From Schmidtea nova (lineage: Eukaryota): a DNA stretch of 64,000 bases. Both the position numbers and the translations under genes were made by a program. Of this stretch, positions 46,818-60,200 are shown piece by piece (the first letter of the stretch is position 1; every line of letters starts with the position of its first letter). The stretch spans positions 537,478,001 to 537,542,000 of the forward strand of contig CM097882.1 in the NCBI GenBank assembly GCA_044892505.1, in the 5' to 3' direction. Under the pieces are notes generated by a model. The model was given only the letters and a program-made list of their open reading frames with translations, made no database searches and was not told where the DNA came from.

Positions 46818-48074
46818 CATGGGCGCCCGCAGAAAATTTTCTAAGGGGCGGGGAAAATATTTTTAGTAATGTTTTAATGTAGTTTTAATTTACTGTGGCG
46901 TATTTGTATGGTGATCGAAAGACAGGACACTGCAGTAATGAAGGACATACTGTAGCAACAAATTTTTTATTAACACAATATATGTATATAACAAAAAATA
47001 TTACAACATAAATTTAAAATAAAATTTATTTTTTAAACAAGAACTGGAGTTGTATGTTATCGCTATCAAACATCTACAATTTTGTCCATAAAGTCTATTT
47101 TGTTGCAGTTCACTTTGTCTCTGTGTACGCTTAACGTGTACAATCCTGACAGACGTTCATGGTTGTCTAGAGGTTTTAAAAATTTCCGGATATCCATGAC
47201 GTTTTAAAGTAACAACTAAGACAAAGAAAAAGAATAAATAAGAAAGAACAAAAAAGAACAAAAAAGAATAAAATAAAAAGAAAACTAAAACCCAACTAGT
47301 CTCCATAGGCCTGGTAGAAATTAAAATAAATACAAGTTAAGAAACAAAAATCTTTATAATAATATAACATAATTAACAAAATAAATTATGTTAATTTACA
47401 ATATAATAAACTTAGTAATTATAACTAAAGGAAAAAAATCACAATAATTAGATTATTAAAGGCTTACAAAATAACTTTAACCACTGTATGTGCAAACAAC
47501 CTCATTAATTATTTAAATATAGGACTGTACAATAAAACATGTAGCTCATACAACTAAATTTATAACGAAATTAAAATAGATGATTTATATTTTTCGAATA
47601 CTTTTTTGGCGGCGACGTGCGTGGAAGATGGAATTGACTAGGATTTTGATGTCAGAAGATACCACGCCCGTCGGCCAATTGTCGCTTTTGCGGTTGAGAT
47701 TAAGGAGAGCATGTAATATAGTTAATGTATGGTAAGGTTTAGGAATACTCACGGCTCGATTCACAAGTTTATTTATATAAAGGTTACATGAGTATTTGCT
47801 TAGGTAATTACAATACGACGCGCGGAGTTTACGGGACGCGGCACTTGCTTCAAGCGGAAAGAATGATCGGCCCGAGCAATGAGGCACGCGAGCTGAACTC
47901 TTGACGCTCATGTCACACCGGTGCGTCATGTTGCTCCAGGCTGTCCAACGTTCTGTCGATCCACACGTTCTTTATACTAACACAAAGTGATTTAAATCAA
48001 AAATAACATTATTTGACTTTTTCAATAAATCCAGGGGGTCAAGTGCCCCTTGCCCTCTCCTACAGGCACCCATG
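46818..48074 (-). mobile_element. Internally deleted hAT element with transposase C-terminal remnant and a GC-rich insert
   Basis: TIR CATGGGCGCCCGCAG / CTACAGGCACCCATG. 8-bp TSD CTTACAAG (46810-46817, 48075-48082). ERLSGLYTLSVHRD...KIVDV tail at about 47080-47165. Confidence 0.85.
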
Positions 48075-48454
48075 CTTACAAGGCTTAATGTTATTAATCA
48101 ACATCTTTAAATCTCTAATATGTCTATTATTATTTGATTTCACTATTTTGCAAAAAGATCAGTAACAGTATTAAATTCATGTTCTACTAGAAAGCTTCAT
48201 GAAATATTTTTTACAATGACTAAAGAAAAAGGGTTCAAATACCGCAATAACAAAGACATTATGAGTCATGCTATGACTTATCATTTCTCTAGAACAAATT
48301 TTCTAATTCCCTTTAAACAACTAAAACGTTTTAAAAATAAGTTTAAAATATTTTTTAAAACGTTTTCAGTAGGTAGTTAATGGCTCCCTAACTCACAGGT
48401 CCTCTAACTCACCCCACTCTAGAAAAAGTGAGTTACACCTCTTGATCGATCTTT

Positions 48455-49200
48455 TGTATAGGAAATTTTGGTCGATCTTTTGAACGTGAGTAAGAGTGTC
48501 ACTATGTTTTGGGTCCTGATCTTTAGTATGCGAAACCTTTTGTCGATATTTTGTAGAAGGAATTTTGGTCATGATTTTTTGTAAAGGATTTTCTCTTCTC
48601 AGATTTTTCTCGGGCGAAAAGGGATTCAGATAATTTTTATAAGGAATTTTGGTCTGAGTATTTTTGTAAAGGATAATTTTTGTCGGTCTTTTGAACAAGA
48701 TTTTTTGGTGTCAGTATTTTGTACAGGGAATTTTGGTCGCAATATATTTTATAGGATTTTCTACTCTCAGACTTTTCTCGGGCAAAAAGTGACTCAGATA
48801 TTTTCTATAGAAAATTTTGGTCGTGATATTTTGTATAGGATTTTCTTCTCTCAGATTTTTCTCATAAAAAAACAGACTCTATAAGAAATTTCGGTCTCAG
48901 TATTTTCTATGGGGAATGTTTGTCCCAATATTTTGTATAGGATTTTCTACTCTCAGAATCTTTTGGGCAGAAACGGACTCAAATATTTTCTATAGGAAAT
49001 TTCGGTCTCAATATTTTCTTTAAGGAATTTTGGTCTTGATATTTTGTATAGGATTTTCTACTCTCACTGGTAATTTTGAACTAAAATTTTAAATATAGAT
49101 TTTTATGGTAAATAGAAAACACGTGTAAATATTTTAAACAAGTAAAATAGATTTAAATTATTTTGTATAGGATTTTCAACTCACAATTTCTTCAGACAGA
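48455..49200. repeat. Diverged tandem array (about 30-bp subunits, about 90-bp higher-order period); probable DNA-transposon subterminal region
   Basis: Recurrent GGAATTTTGGTC...ATATTTTGTATAGGATTTTCTACTCTCAG. Confidence 0.7.
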
Positions 49201-52129
49201 AAAGGGCTCTAGTAATTTTTAACTGAAATTTTAAAGTACTAAAATTTAAGAAAGTGTATTAAACACGTAGTTAAATTAAAGAATGTTTAAATAGACAATA
49301 AAGCTTGTAGAATTTTACTAAGACAAAATAATAACATAATATTTAAAAAGTAATGAAAAAGGGTAAAACAAGGCAAGCTCAGAGTTGAAATAACATAATA
49401 TAAATATTTTTCAAAAAGGAATTAATATTTTGGGAAATCTGAGAGTGGGTAAAATTTTAACAATTAATTTTAAGTAAATTATTTCAAGTAAATTATTTTA
49501 AAGTAAAATTATTATAAATATTTATACTGAGATTTTAAACTACTAAGTTTATGAAACGCTAGTAAATAAATTGTATTGAGTAAAAAGGTTAATTTTCATC
49601 ACAGACTTTTACGGGTTAAATTTTAATAGATAAATAGAATTATTTTAAGATGATAAAGCAAAGCATGGTGAATGATGACATAAGTTTAAAAAAATAAGTA
49701 AAAATAAGGAATATGTGAGTTTAAATGACATAATATTTAAAATTAATGAAAAATGGTTAAAATATGACAAATTCAGAGTTGAAATTACATAATATTTAGA
49801 AATTTTAAAATGAATTATAAGCAAAGTAATTTAATGACATAATATCAAAAATAAGTACTAATGTTTGGGAAATCTGAGAGTGGGTAAAATTTAAATTATT
49901 TTAAAGTAAAATTAATTTATTTTTAAATAAACATTTTAACTAAATTTTTCAAAATACAATATTGAGAGGTATTAAATGAATTTTGTTTTATCAAAATCAA
50001 ATAAAATAATAATAGTAGTAGTAGTAACAATAGTAGTAACTACTTCTTAACCAATCAATCCAAAAGTTTAGACTAGGTAAATAAATAGCAATTGCCTAAT
50101 TCATACAACAAATTCATATCCTTCTCAATTAACAAACAAACAATTTACTTACTTACCGAAAATTTCTTCACATCAACCAACCAACCACGCATTCTATGCA
50201 CACTAAGTTACAAATTCCTTACTTACCAGCTAGTTCTACACATCAACCAACTAGTTTTATTTACCAATCCTATATCAATCAACCAATCAAATATCCAACA
50301 ATCACTTTACACACAAATCAACAACATACTAGTTACTGATCAAATACCAACTGACTCTACCATAATCAATTGGTTAAATCAACTAATCAGATACCAACTG
50401 ACTCTATGTATTAACCAAATAAATCTTTACTATAAGTAAATTGTTTCAAGTGTCAATCAATTATCTCTTCTTATAACCTAGATATTGACTAAGTCAATCT
50501 ATAAACTGGTTCTGTCTTAATAAGTTTCAACCGACTAATTGTCAATGAATCAACCGTATATTCTCTGTAATTACAGTAGTGAATTAAAAAACCATCATAA
50601 GAGATATTATTACTTTAAAATCTGACAAAGCCAAAATTTTATAATCAAAGTTAATTTAAAGTAAATTTTGCATAAATCTAACTGATTTTAAATATCGTGA
50701 CATAAAGGTTAATTTAATTACATAGAATAAAATATTTGAATTAATGTTTAGCTGATTATTAGTTTAAAAAAGTATACAGATGACCACGTTGTTAAAATGA
50801 AATCTTTTATTAAATAACGTAGTTAACATTTAGAATATATTTAAAATATAATTGATTTTTAAACAAAGCTCGAATAAATCATTGTCCATCTAATTCTTCA
50901 CTTAATAACCTAATCAAAACATGTATAAGTATTTTAAAAATCATTATAAAAACCACATTAACTAGTTAAACATATTAAAATTATAAGATAACCAACTGAT
51001 AAAATTTTTATTGATTTATAATTAAAATACTTCTTGATACTTTTTTTTAAATGTTCAAATAGATTCTGGTAAATATTCACTCCGCTAATTTAAAGGATAT
51101 CCTTAGTCAATTCAAAGTTATTACAAACAATTCACCAAAATTCTATAATAATTAATTAAAGTATTCATTACAAAATTTTACTTTAGATGAAAATAAAAAA
51201 CATTAAGTATCTAAATTTTGAAAATAGTTTACCAACATTAAATCCTTCCTTAAATTATCATAGCAATTAAATTCTCATAAAACTCCTTAATTTATTAGTA
51301 TTTAAAATAATAGACAAAAGCTTGAAATTTGGTAATCACTTTGATCTAAATTCAAATTGTAATTTTCATTATCGTCAAAGTAATCCCTAGGTTCCTAGTA
51401 ACCAAAATTTTGAATATTTTAACACTATTTTCTATTAAATTTTCTTTCGATGATTTTCTTTCAATTATTCAATGTACATTTATCTAAATCAATATGTACC
51501 GCTTGAATAATATTTTGTCACATATTGTCCAACTAAACGCATTTTCCCTTACAAATACCAATTCATTCTTATTATTCACTCTTTGATTTCACCCTTTTTA
51601 ATTGAATTTCCCATCATTTTATTCGTTTCATGCTCATTATCCCCCTTTAGGTAAATAAATTTACCCATTTTCAAAATATTTCCCAATGGAAAAATTAACA
51701 ATTTACTAATAAACTACCTTTCAGGTGGATTACCTACAATTAATTGAATTAAACATATAAAAAATTAACCCACTTTTCATTGTACCCTTTTTAAATGAAT
51801 TTCCATCATTTTGGAAAAATGCATCATTAAAAAATGATTTATCATCTTTTTAGCCTCATTTGAATAATATTTCTCAATGAAAAAATTAACCAATTACTAA
51901 TAAATTACCCTATTTGTATAATATATCCCCATTTGAATGATACATATCCATTGATTTTTGATGATTGAAAAGTATGAATTGATTACTATTTTAGTAGATC
52001 TTAATGGATAAAAACTTTTGAAAAGATAACCACACTTTGTTTACGGAATTTCAAATGAGCCGTCTTGGCATTTCTGATTTCTTTCGAGAATAAAATATAG
52101 CTGTTGAGCACTGCTTAATTCAGAAAATG

Positions 52130-53448
52130 TCTGAAGTGCTTCTTATACCAGATTTTATGTCATTTGCGTTCAGATGGATATGCAGCCAGCATCTGGTTTC
52201 CATCATCTACTGCTCCCATATTCTGATTATATAAAATCACATCTTCCGGTTTTGCTTTTTCTCCACGATGCACAGTCAAAGTTTGCATCTGAGCCCCATG
52301 AAATGTGGATAGCATGGTGACCTCCTTCTTGTCCATCCATTTTAGTGCCATCATATCGTTTGTGGAAGCAGCAGTTGTCTGTCCATGGGTTATTTTTGCC
52401 TTCAAGATGGGAGGCATATTCTTTCTGTTTAGCCTTACTGTCCCAACAGCATCTGTGTCATTGTTATACAACTCTCGAAACAAAGCCGGTGAACTATACC
52501 AGTTATCCATAAATATGCAATATTCCTGACCAAGTAGTTCCTGTACAAGAGTGAGTACAATTCGGGAAGACACTAGGCTATCAACAGATTGGACTAATTC
52601 CATTGCAGTTCCGATATGTATCATTGACTGCCAAATATATCCAGATCCGGATTCGCACAACTCATAGGACTTCAAGCCTCAACGGGCTCATTTGAGAGGG
52701 TTATACTGTTTCATGTATAAACGACCTTTCCACAATATTAGTGATTCATCAACAGCAATGTTTTCGGTCGGGATGTAAGTTGTAGAAAATTTTGCAACTA
52801 GAGCCTCGTGAAAGCATTTAATTTTCACAAATGAATTATCAGCTGGTGAATCAGATCTAACAATAGTATCATTGTCATAAAATGTAAACATTTGAGTATC
52901 AGGGTGAATCGCAACTCGGACATTATTTTCCGTATGTAATGTGTTTCCAGCAATGGCTTTGTAGTCCAGAACATATCATTTTCCAGTTTCTGCACTATTC
53001 CTTGGTATAACAGAATTGCTATAAAAACATGGATTTCAGCGTCATCGACTTCACTCCATTGACGCATCCTAGACCGGGCTTTAAGATTTGGTTGAGAGCT
53101 CAGTTGTAATCCTCGTCTGTTGGTTTCTGTGACAATGCTATCATTCATGTCTTGAGTAACTAAAAGTTCAAAATATTGTAATGGATCATCTTTATCAGTA
53201 ACGACTTTTTTTCAATCCAGGAGCTCCAGTGAAAGGCAGACGCGATGCTGTGTTGCTGTAGGAGACTACATCAAATCGTCGTCACTTACATAATAAAGCA
53301 TTTCATTACTTCCGCCACTGTTATCACTATCATCGACGTTACTACTATCACTACTGCCATCTTCATCACTGTCTATAAAACTACTGTCGCTCTCATCTAA
53401 CAAATCCTGTATTTGTTGTGCAGATAATCTGAGTTTTCTTGATGACAT
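52130..53448 (-). pseudogene. Decayed PGBD4-like piggyBac transposase, second family
   Basis: Acidic N-terminus; ETNR...WSEVDDAEIHVFI; AVDESLILWKG; CIFMDNWYSSP; YNQNMGAVD. Several frameshifts; ends not identified. Confidence 0.85.
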
Positions 53449-53990
53449 TTATTATAAATATTTCAATATATAACAAGAATAAACAAAGTCTAGGTCATTA
53501 CAATAGAAACCCTCTGAAAGTGCATGCATATTACGTAATAATTATGTCACATTTAACTTGGAACAGTTTATTAGCATCACTCATCAGCATAGTTTATTGT
53601 ATTTTTAGCTCGGAAAGGTATAATCGGGGTTCACGCTGTGTAGGAGACTTGAAGTACTGTTGACGATTATAGTCGGGGTTCACAATGTGAAGAGAACTTA
53701 ACTAGATTTAGGAAAACCATTAGTAGATATTTCACCTGTTTATTGAATCTACAGGATAAAATTTGAAAAATTTGATCAATATCAAAATTAGATAAAAAGT
53801 TATTTAGTAGGGAGAAGTGAACCCGCAAAAACAAGCGCGTTTTTTCTCCTATTAGAAATTATTTAATAAATATTAAAAATGGATAATTTTCATACAAAAT
53901 ATTTTTCACTACAAAACTGTCTGAATGAAATTTTTAATTACGTAAAAATCTATAGAAGCATGACTAATCCTATGAGTCACCCTATAGTAT

Positions 53991-54917
53991 ACGGCAAAAT
54001 GGCGATCACAAAATGGCGAGCGTCAAAATAGCGACTGCATCAAAATGGCGATCATCAAAAAAGCGATTTGTATAAAAATTATAATTAATAAAATTAATNN
54101 NNNNNNNNNNNNNNNNNNNNNNNNNNNNNNNNNNNNNNNNNNNNNNNNNNNNNNNNNNNNNNNNNNNNNNNNNNNNNNNNNNNNNNNNNNNNNNNNNNNN
54201 NNNNNNNNNNNNNNNNNNNNNNNNNNNNNNNNNNNNNNNNNNNNNNNNNNNNNNNNNNNNNNNTGACTATAGATCAAAATTTTTTTTTATAAACAATAAC
54301 ACAATATTTCGGCACAGCCTTTATCAAGTGTGTATTTCTATCGTTATATTTACTTAATCCTTAAGTAAATATAACGATAGAAATACACACTTGATAAAGG
54401 CTGTGCCGAAATATTGTGTTATTGTTTATAAAAAAAAATTTTGATCTATAGTCATTATGAGAATTATTGATAATAATAATAAAAAAAGATCAAAGGTGAA
54501 AAAAGATAATTATGATATTAATATTATTATTANNNNNNNNNNNNNNNNNNNNNNNNNNNNNNNNNNNNNNNNNNNNNNNNNNNNNNNNNNNNNNNNNNNN
54601 NNNNNNNNNNNNNNNNNNNNNNNNNNNNNNNNNNNNNNNNNNNNNNNNNNNNNNNNNNNNNNNNNNNNNNNNNNNNNNNNNNNNNNNNNNNNNNNNNNNN
54701 NNNNNNNNNNNNNNNNNNNNNNNNNNNNNNNNNNNNNNNNNNNNNNNNNNNNNNNNNNNNNNNNNNNNNNNNNNNNNNNNNNNNNNNNNNNNNNNNNNNT
54801 AATAATTAATTTTATTAATTATAATTTTTATACAAATCGCTTTTTTGATGATCGCCATTTTGATGCAGTCGCTATTTTGACGCTCGCCATTTTGTGATCG
54901 CCATTTTGTGATCGCCA
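53991..54917. mobile_element. TIR element (TA-CGG...CCG-TA ends, AAAATGGCGA subrepeats) enclosing N blocks and a PLE hairpin
   Basis: 53991-54098 is the reverse complement of about 54806-54917. The inner 100 bp are identical; the right arm has one extra 15-bp unit. Confidence 0.7.
54264..54532. mobile_element. PLE 3'-end fold-back palindrome (94-bp visible left arm, loop TCC 54358-54360) with hammerheads at 54295-54336 (-) and 54382-54423 (+)
   Basis: 54264-54357 is the exact reverse complement of 54361-54454. The right arm continues into the AAAAAAAGATCAAAGGTG tail. Confidence 0.9.
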
Positions 54918-55840
54918 TTATTACCGTAAACCCACCCTATAACTCATTGGCATTGTTCATCAAAAGCATGACTCGTCCGATGCGTCATTACATGAATCAG
55001 GGTGTCTTTGTTCTCGATAAATGATGATTCATAGCGTGAATCATAATGTATTTGTTTACCCCCTGGGGTGTTTTTGTTTTTTCCGGCTCACATCACTCTA
55101 CTGATCAATGAGTTATAATAAAGACCATTTATCAAATATTGCAAAAATAGTTCTACTATAGTGTATGCTCTACTGATAAATTCTTCATTATGGTTTTGCG
55201 GTTTTTAACTATTACAATTAATTAATATTTAATTAATAAAATTTTAAAATGTAAAAATCCCTATTTTCCTAGGAGAAAAGTGAAAACCATGGTAAATGAA
55301 AAGAAACAAAAGAATATAATGATTTAAAATAGATGAAGGTGTCATTATAGGGTCGTAAAATCAAAATATAAACTAATTAATCAAAAACCGTTAACCATAA
55401 ATTTCAGTGATTGCTTTAACAAATTTCTAATTTCCTCTAGACAGTAAGGTGGTTAAAGTAATAAAAATTTTATTTATTGATTGCAGTAAGAGTCAGTAAG
55501 AAAAGCCTAATCTTATATGATAAAACCAGATAATTAATGGTAGCTTGAAATATATAAAACAAAATTACCAGTTTTGTCAAATTTATCAATTATCTTATCG
55601 AATTTCTAAAATTGGTACTTATTCTTTAGATAATTTTTCCTGGTCGTAATTAGTAAAGAAAAGATAGTATTGTGAAAAAAATATTTAACGAAAACTAAGA
55701 CGGAATCGAGCAAATTATAATATTTCTTTTTGGATGTATATAGGCCTGGATTTACCCTTAGACTGACAAGGCTAAAAAGCCTAGGGCTTGACTGGTGGGG
55801 GCCCAAAAATTTGTATTATTATAAAAACTTATTACATCTT

Positions 55841-56250
55841 TTAATTATTTACAGATTGTAGGAATGCTAAAAGCAAATAAGATTTTATTAATAGAAATTG
55901 ATCTCCAATTGACAAGTTGGTCTTTGGCAACCGGAAATCCTGACCGATGATAACAAGAGTTGAAATGAGCAAGCTCCATGACAGTCCGTATTGATTGATT
56001 TCTGGTGCTGGCGAATAATCGTTTAATCGAGATTGATTGTGATCCAATGTATTGATTTGAATTTTTCGAGTTATACATTTCAGATTTGTCTGGATAGTAT
56101 ATTAATATTGATCCAGTTGTTGACAAGCATCTTCCAGTTTGTACGGCTTCTTTACGCATTCCAGCAGCGAAACATTTCTGCAATCTACGGAACTGGCAAT
56201 TGTTTCTTCTTTGAATATCGACTACACAATCTCCACTAGAGTAGAACTGA
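55841..56250 (-). pseudogene. Nuclear receptor (NR2/COUP-TF-like) fragment: second zinc finger, hinge, frameshifted start of LBD
   Basis: YQFYSSGDCVVDIQRRNNCQFRRLQKCFAAGMRKEAVQTGR (two Zn-ligand Cys appear as F and R). NLSIGDQFLLIKS LBD-signature-like motif in another frame. First finger absent. Confidence 0.7.
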
Positions 56251-57025
56251 TAATTGTTGTCATTTGATGAAAACGAGTCGCTGTGAATGTCTTGAGTGAA
56301 TGGGTATATCGAATCATTGTTAACAGCTTGCATTTTTTTTGATCAGCGTGAAAAAGTGAAAATATCTAAATATTAAAACAACATCTAATTTAATCCATTT
56401 AATAATTAATTAATTTATAAAATTGAAAATTTAATCTAAGGCACTACACAGATTATTATTGCTATGTAATATAAGTAAAAAAGTATTTAATTATATTACA
56501 TATTATTTTTAATAAAATACCTTTCTAAAGTAAAAATTTCACGAAAGCACAAGATCAGTTTAAACATTATCTCGTGTTAGAAATCATATAAGGAGCAGCA
56601 CTAAGCAAGACCAACGTAATGCCTTATCATTAATGGTTATAGAATCTGAACTTCTCCCCAAAATGGATTTTTATTCCATTGTTGAAGATTTTGCCTAGAA
56701 AGGTCTAGAAGAAAATCTTTCTACTTTTAAGTTTTTTTATTTGCTTCATGTTTATATCTTTTATATACGAATAAACGTAATATTATTTTCAAAATTAAAT
56801 TATTATTTTAACTATATAACAAGTGGAAACAAAATATATCAGGTTGAGTCATATATACACATACGGGTTAAGTAGGTGTTTGAGTACATATTTTCTATTT
56901 GTTATTGTTGCATTTTATTAAATTAATATATTTTTAGGAAGATACAATAATAATGACAGACACTCAGCTTACTCAAGAAATGAAAAATCATGCTAAAAGT
57001 GTAACTTTTAAGGCTGAGCACAAAA

Positions 57026-57255
57026 TATTAATATCAATAATTCCCATAATGGTAAGACTATAGATCAAACTTTCTTTAAATAAGTACACAATATTTCGAC
57101 AAAGCCTTTATCAAGTGCGTAATACACACTTGATTAAGGCTGGGCCGAAATATTCTGTACTTATTTAAAGAAAGTTTGATCTATAGTCTTACCATTATGG
57201 GAATTATTGATATCTTTTTGTTTCACCTTTGATCTTTTTTTTAATAATAATAATT
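57026..57255. mobile_element. 230-bp hairpin insertion of a related PLE subfamily with a 12-bp TSD
   Basis: TSD CTGAGCACAAAA at 57014-57025 and 57256-57267. Arms 57031-57121 / 57123-57213 with 6 mismatches. Inverted tail segment at about 57211-57255. Confidence 0.88.
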
Positions 57256-60200
57256 CTGAGCACAAAAGTTTAAATATATCTATTTTTAAAATTATTCAGA
57301 TCTTTTATTTACAAAGTTTGTAAGGAGTAAAAAATGTTGTCCAAGAAAGCTTCAACAAATATTGTAAAGAAAAATTCAACATGATCTGAAAATTTATTAT
57401 CTTTTAACCAAACCATGGAAAGAACAAACCGCATTTCTGAAAAATGAAATGAAATCTAGAGCCACCTGATGGAAACAAATTGCTAATGATCTGATAAAAC
57501 TGCGGGGAAGATTTGGCTTTCCAAAGCTGCTTAAACCCTCTGTTGGGGTTGCCTGAACAGGCATGAAATAAAAATAAAAAGCAAAAACTTATGTACAAAT
57601 CAATTTAAAAACACAAATTCTAAAAATGATAAAGTACAAAATATAATTAAAAATTTGGAAAAATTAAAAATAAAGATTTAACGGAAGAAACTAATATGGG
57701 AGATTGCCAAATGATGAGACGAATTAAAATATGGTTCAAAGGGGCCCCAAGAAAGAATATTATTAAGAAAATAAAAATTAATTAAAATAATCAATTACCT
57801 AATGGGAAACCCGAGCGATGTCAAAAATACCGAGTTTATCAACAAAATCATTTAATTATCCAAATAAATTGGATGAGGATGCCCCGGGGAAAAGGCCGCA
57901 ATGTCTTCAAATTATGAAGTGGCAAAAATAATTTAATTAATAAGGCGACAGGATGAAAGGAAAAAGGCACTATCTAAACTGAGAACAATTTGCCGATATT
58001 GCCAGTTTGGTCGAAGCAAAATTTATAATTTGAGGTGACAAGTAGAAACGACGAAAAATGAAGCTTAAACGAGAACTGAAGGTTAGAATGTCGATTTATC
58101 AATTTTTACTGCGTATCAGAAAAGGAGATTTTCCATTAGGTCACCTACCCTAACGCAAGGATACTGCAGAGAACATTTGTGTAACTTTGTCTAATCGAAA
58201 TAGCGTTTGAATTAATTTAAAATAAAGATTATTGTGTTGGTTTTAATTCATTATTGTCAAAGAAAGAACACAGGAGTCAGATACCAACTGACTATTCGCT
58301 GATAACCCAACAACTCTATTTTAATTAAGTGCAAAAACAATTATGTAAAAATTACTATTACTTAAAACGACCAGTCGGAAATGCAAATGAACGTTTTCGA
58401 ATTTTTTTGATATGACCTACATTAATGGAAATTGGCTGTGCAGTGAGGAAAAACCATTTATGAAAATCAAATAATTTCAAATGAAAAGATAAGTTATTCT
58501 GCTGGAAAGAAAAACGTGTCGTACTATGGAAAGAATTAAAATAATAATTCCTCATTTTCATCACACGGTAATAATAAGCTAGTAAATGACACTAGCTTCA
58601 CAGGGGTATCGAAACTGTATCTTAAGAGAATGGCTGACTAGTTCCAGATCAAAACGACAAAGATTTTATAAAATGAGAAGCAAGATTATCCACATAAAAC
58701 GCGTCCAATGTTTTAAAAATTGTTGATTAAGGAAATCAAGGCATATCTACCCTATCACAGTCTAAGGTTTAAAAAGCATTATATAAAGAAGCTCTAGTAT
58801 AAAAGGAACAACTGAAACAAAACCTGAAAAAAATCGTGACTGGTGTCTTAATTTTGATAGGCCAACAAGTAATTGTTCTGTAAAACTGTGAAAAATAAAA
58901 TTTCTCTACCTATTGGGAAGGCTGAAACGATCTTCGGTGTTATAAATTCAGTTTAATCCGAGTTTGAAATATGGTCTTCTTCAGAGTAATTGTTTGCAAT
59001 ACATATAATGCCAAAATCTCTGCCTTTTCGTTGCTTTATAAAATATTTTCTAAATCTACTACTACTACTTTTTTATTCTCATTTCAGTTTACTGGATAAT
59101 ATAAATATGCATTTTATATTTTAAAAACTTAAATAAACCGACGTAATAAACCATGTAATAAATTCCAAAAAAACTCAACCGTCATTTGAAGGGACTTATA
59201 ACTAATTGATAATAAAGTTTCAATATTGTGTGATGTTTGTTTTGTTTTTTGAGAACACGAAGAGTCAGATTTAGTAATAATAATCCTGCAGAAAGCGATT
59301 ACGAACATAACATAGTGTGTAATCTACATACCCGCATGATATTTTACTAGAATTATTGTGTGTATTTTTGAAATAAAAATTAAATTAAATTGGAAAAATC
59401 CATAATGGTAAAGCACAAACTATGTATTATTATATCCAGAAATTATGTAAGTAGTTGGAATACATGCTATAATGAAGAATTGATTGGTAGAGCACACGTT
59501 TTCGTAATATCAAAATATTTTAAACGAATTTATACTCAACACTTTCCAATAATGAGAATAAATGTAAACATTATTATTATTATTTAATAATTTATGGACC
59601 CCTTTTTTGAATTCAAACTTTTCTTGTGCACATAATGAAAAATGCGTGTTAAGGGACACAATTGTCGTTTTCACCAAATTAAATGAAATTTATTGAATTT
59701 TTACGTAACATGAACGGTTACAAGGAATAATATCTCGAAACACGCAACTAAGTTGATCTGTTGGTCAGATCAGATATCAGTAAATTACGTAATTATGGTA
59801 TTGAATATTCACTTAGATTTACTTTTTACAAGACTTCCGATCACAGATAGAATTGATAAATTGCGAAAGTTTTTTAAAATTAAAATTTGTTACGTAACAG
59901 ACTTTTCGGTTTGTAAATATTAATTTATTTTGATTACAAAACTCGTTAATTATATCAGAATTTGTTTACTTAAAACATTTACATAATAATGTGAGATAAA
60001 ATAATTTTTTTCCTTGATCAATACATGTTAAGCCATTTTGTAAAAAATTGACTTTCATTGTAAAAACAAAATAAAATCTAAATTGCATCCTCCCATTTTC
60101 GGCAACTAAAACATCCTGATGCATTATCAATGATGTAATCAGTTTAGGACAAGCTTGAATGATAATCTAAATGTTGTCATCAACACACTTTTTGTGCATA

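Noticed and set aside
57400-58260. Possible exons or a very old RT remnant
   Set aside because: No frame gave a recognisable motif set.
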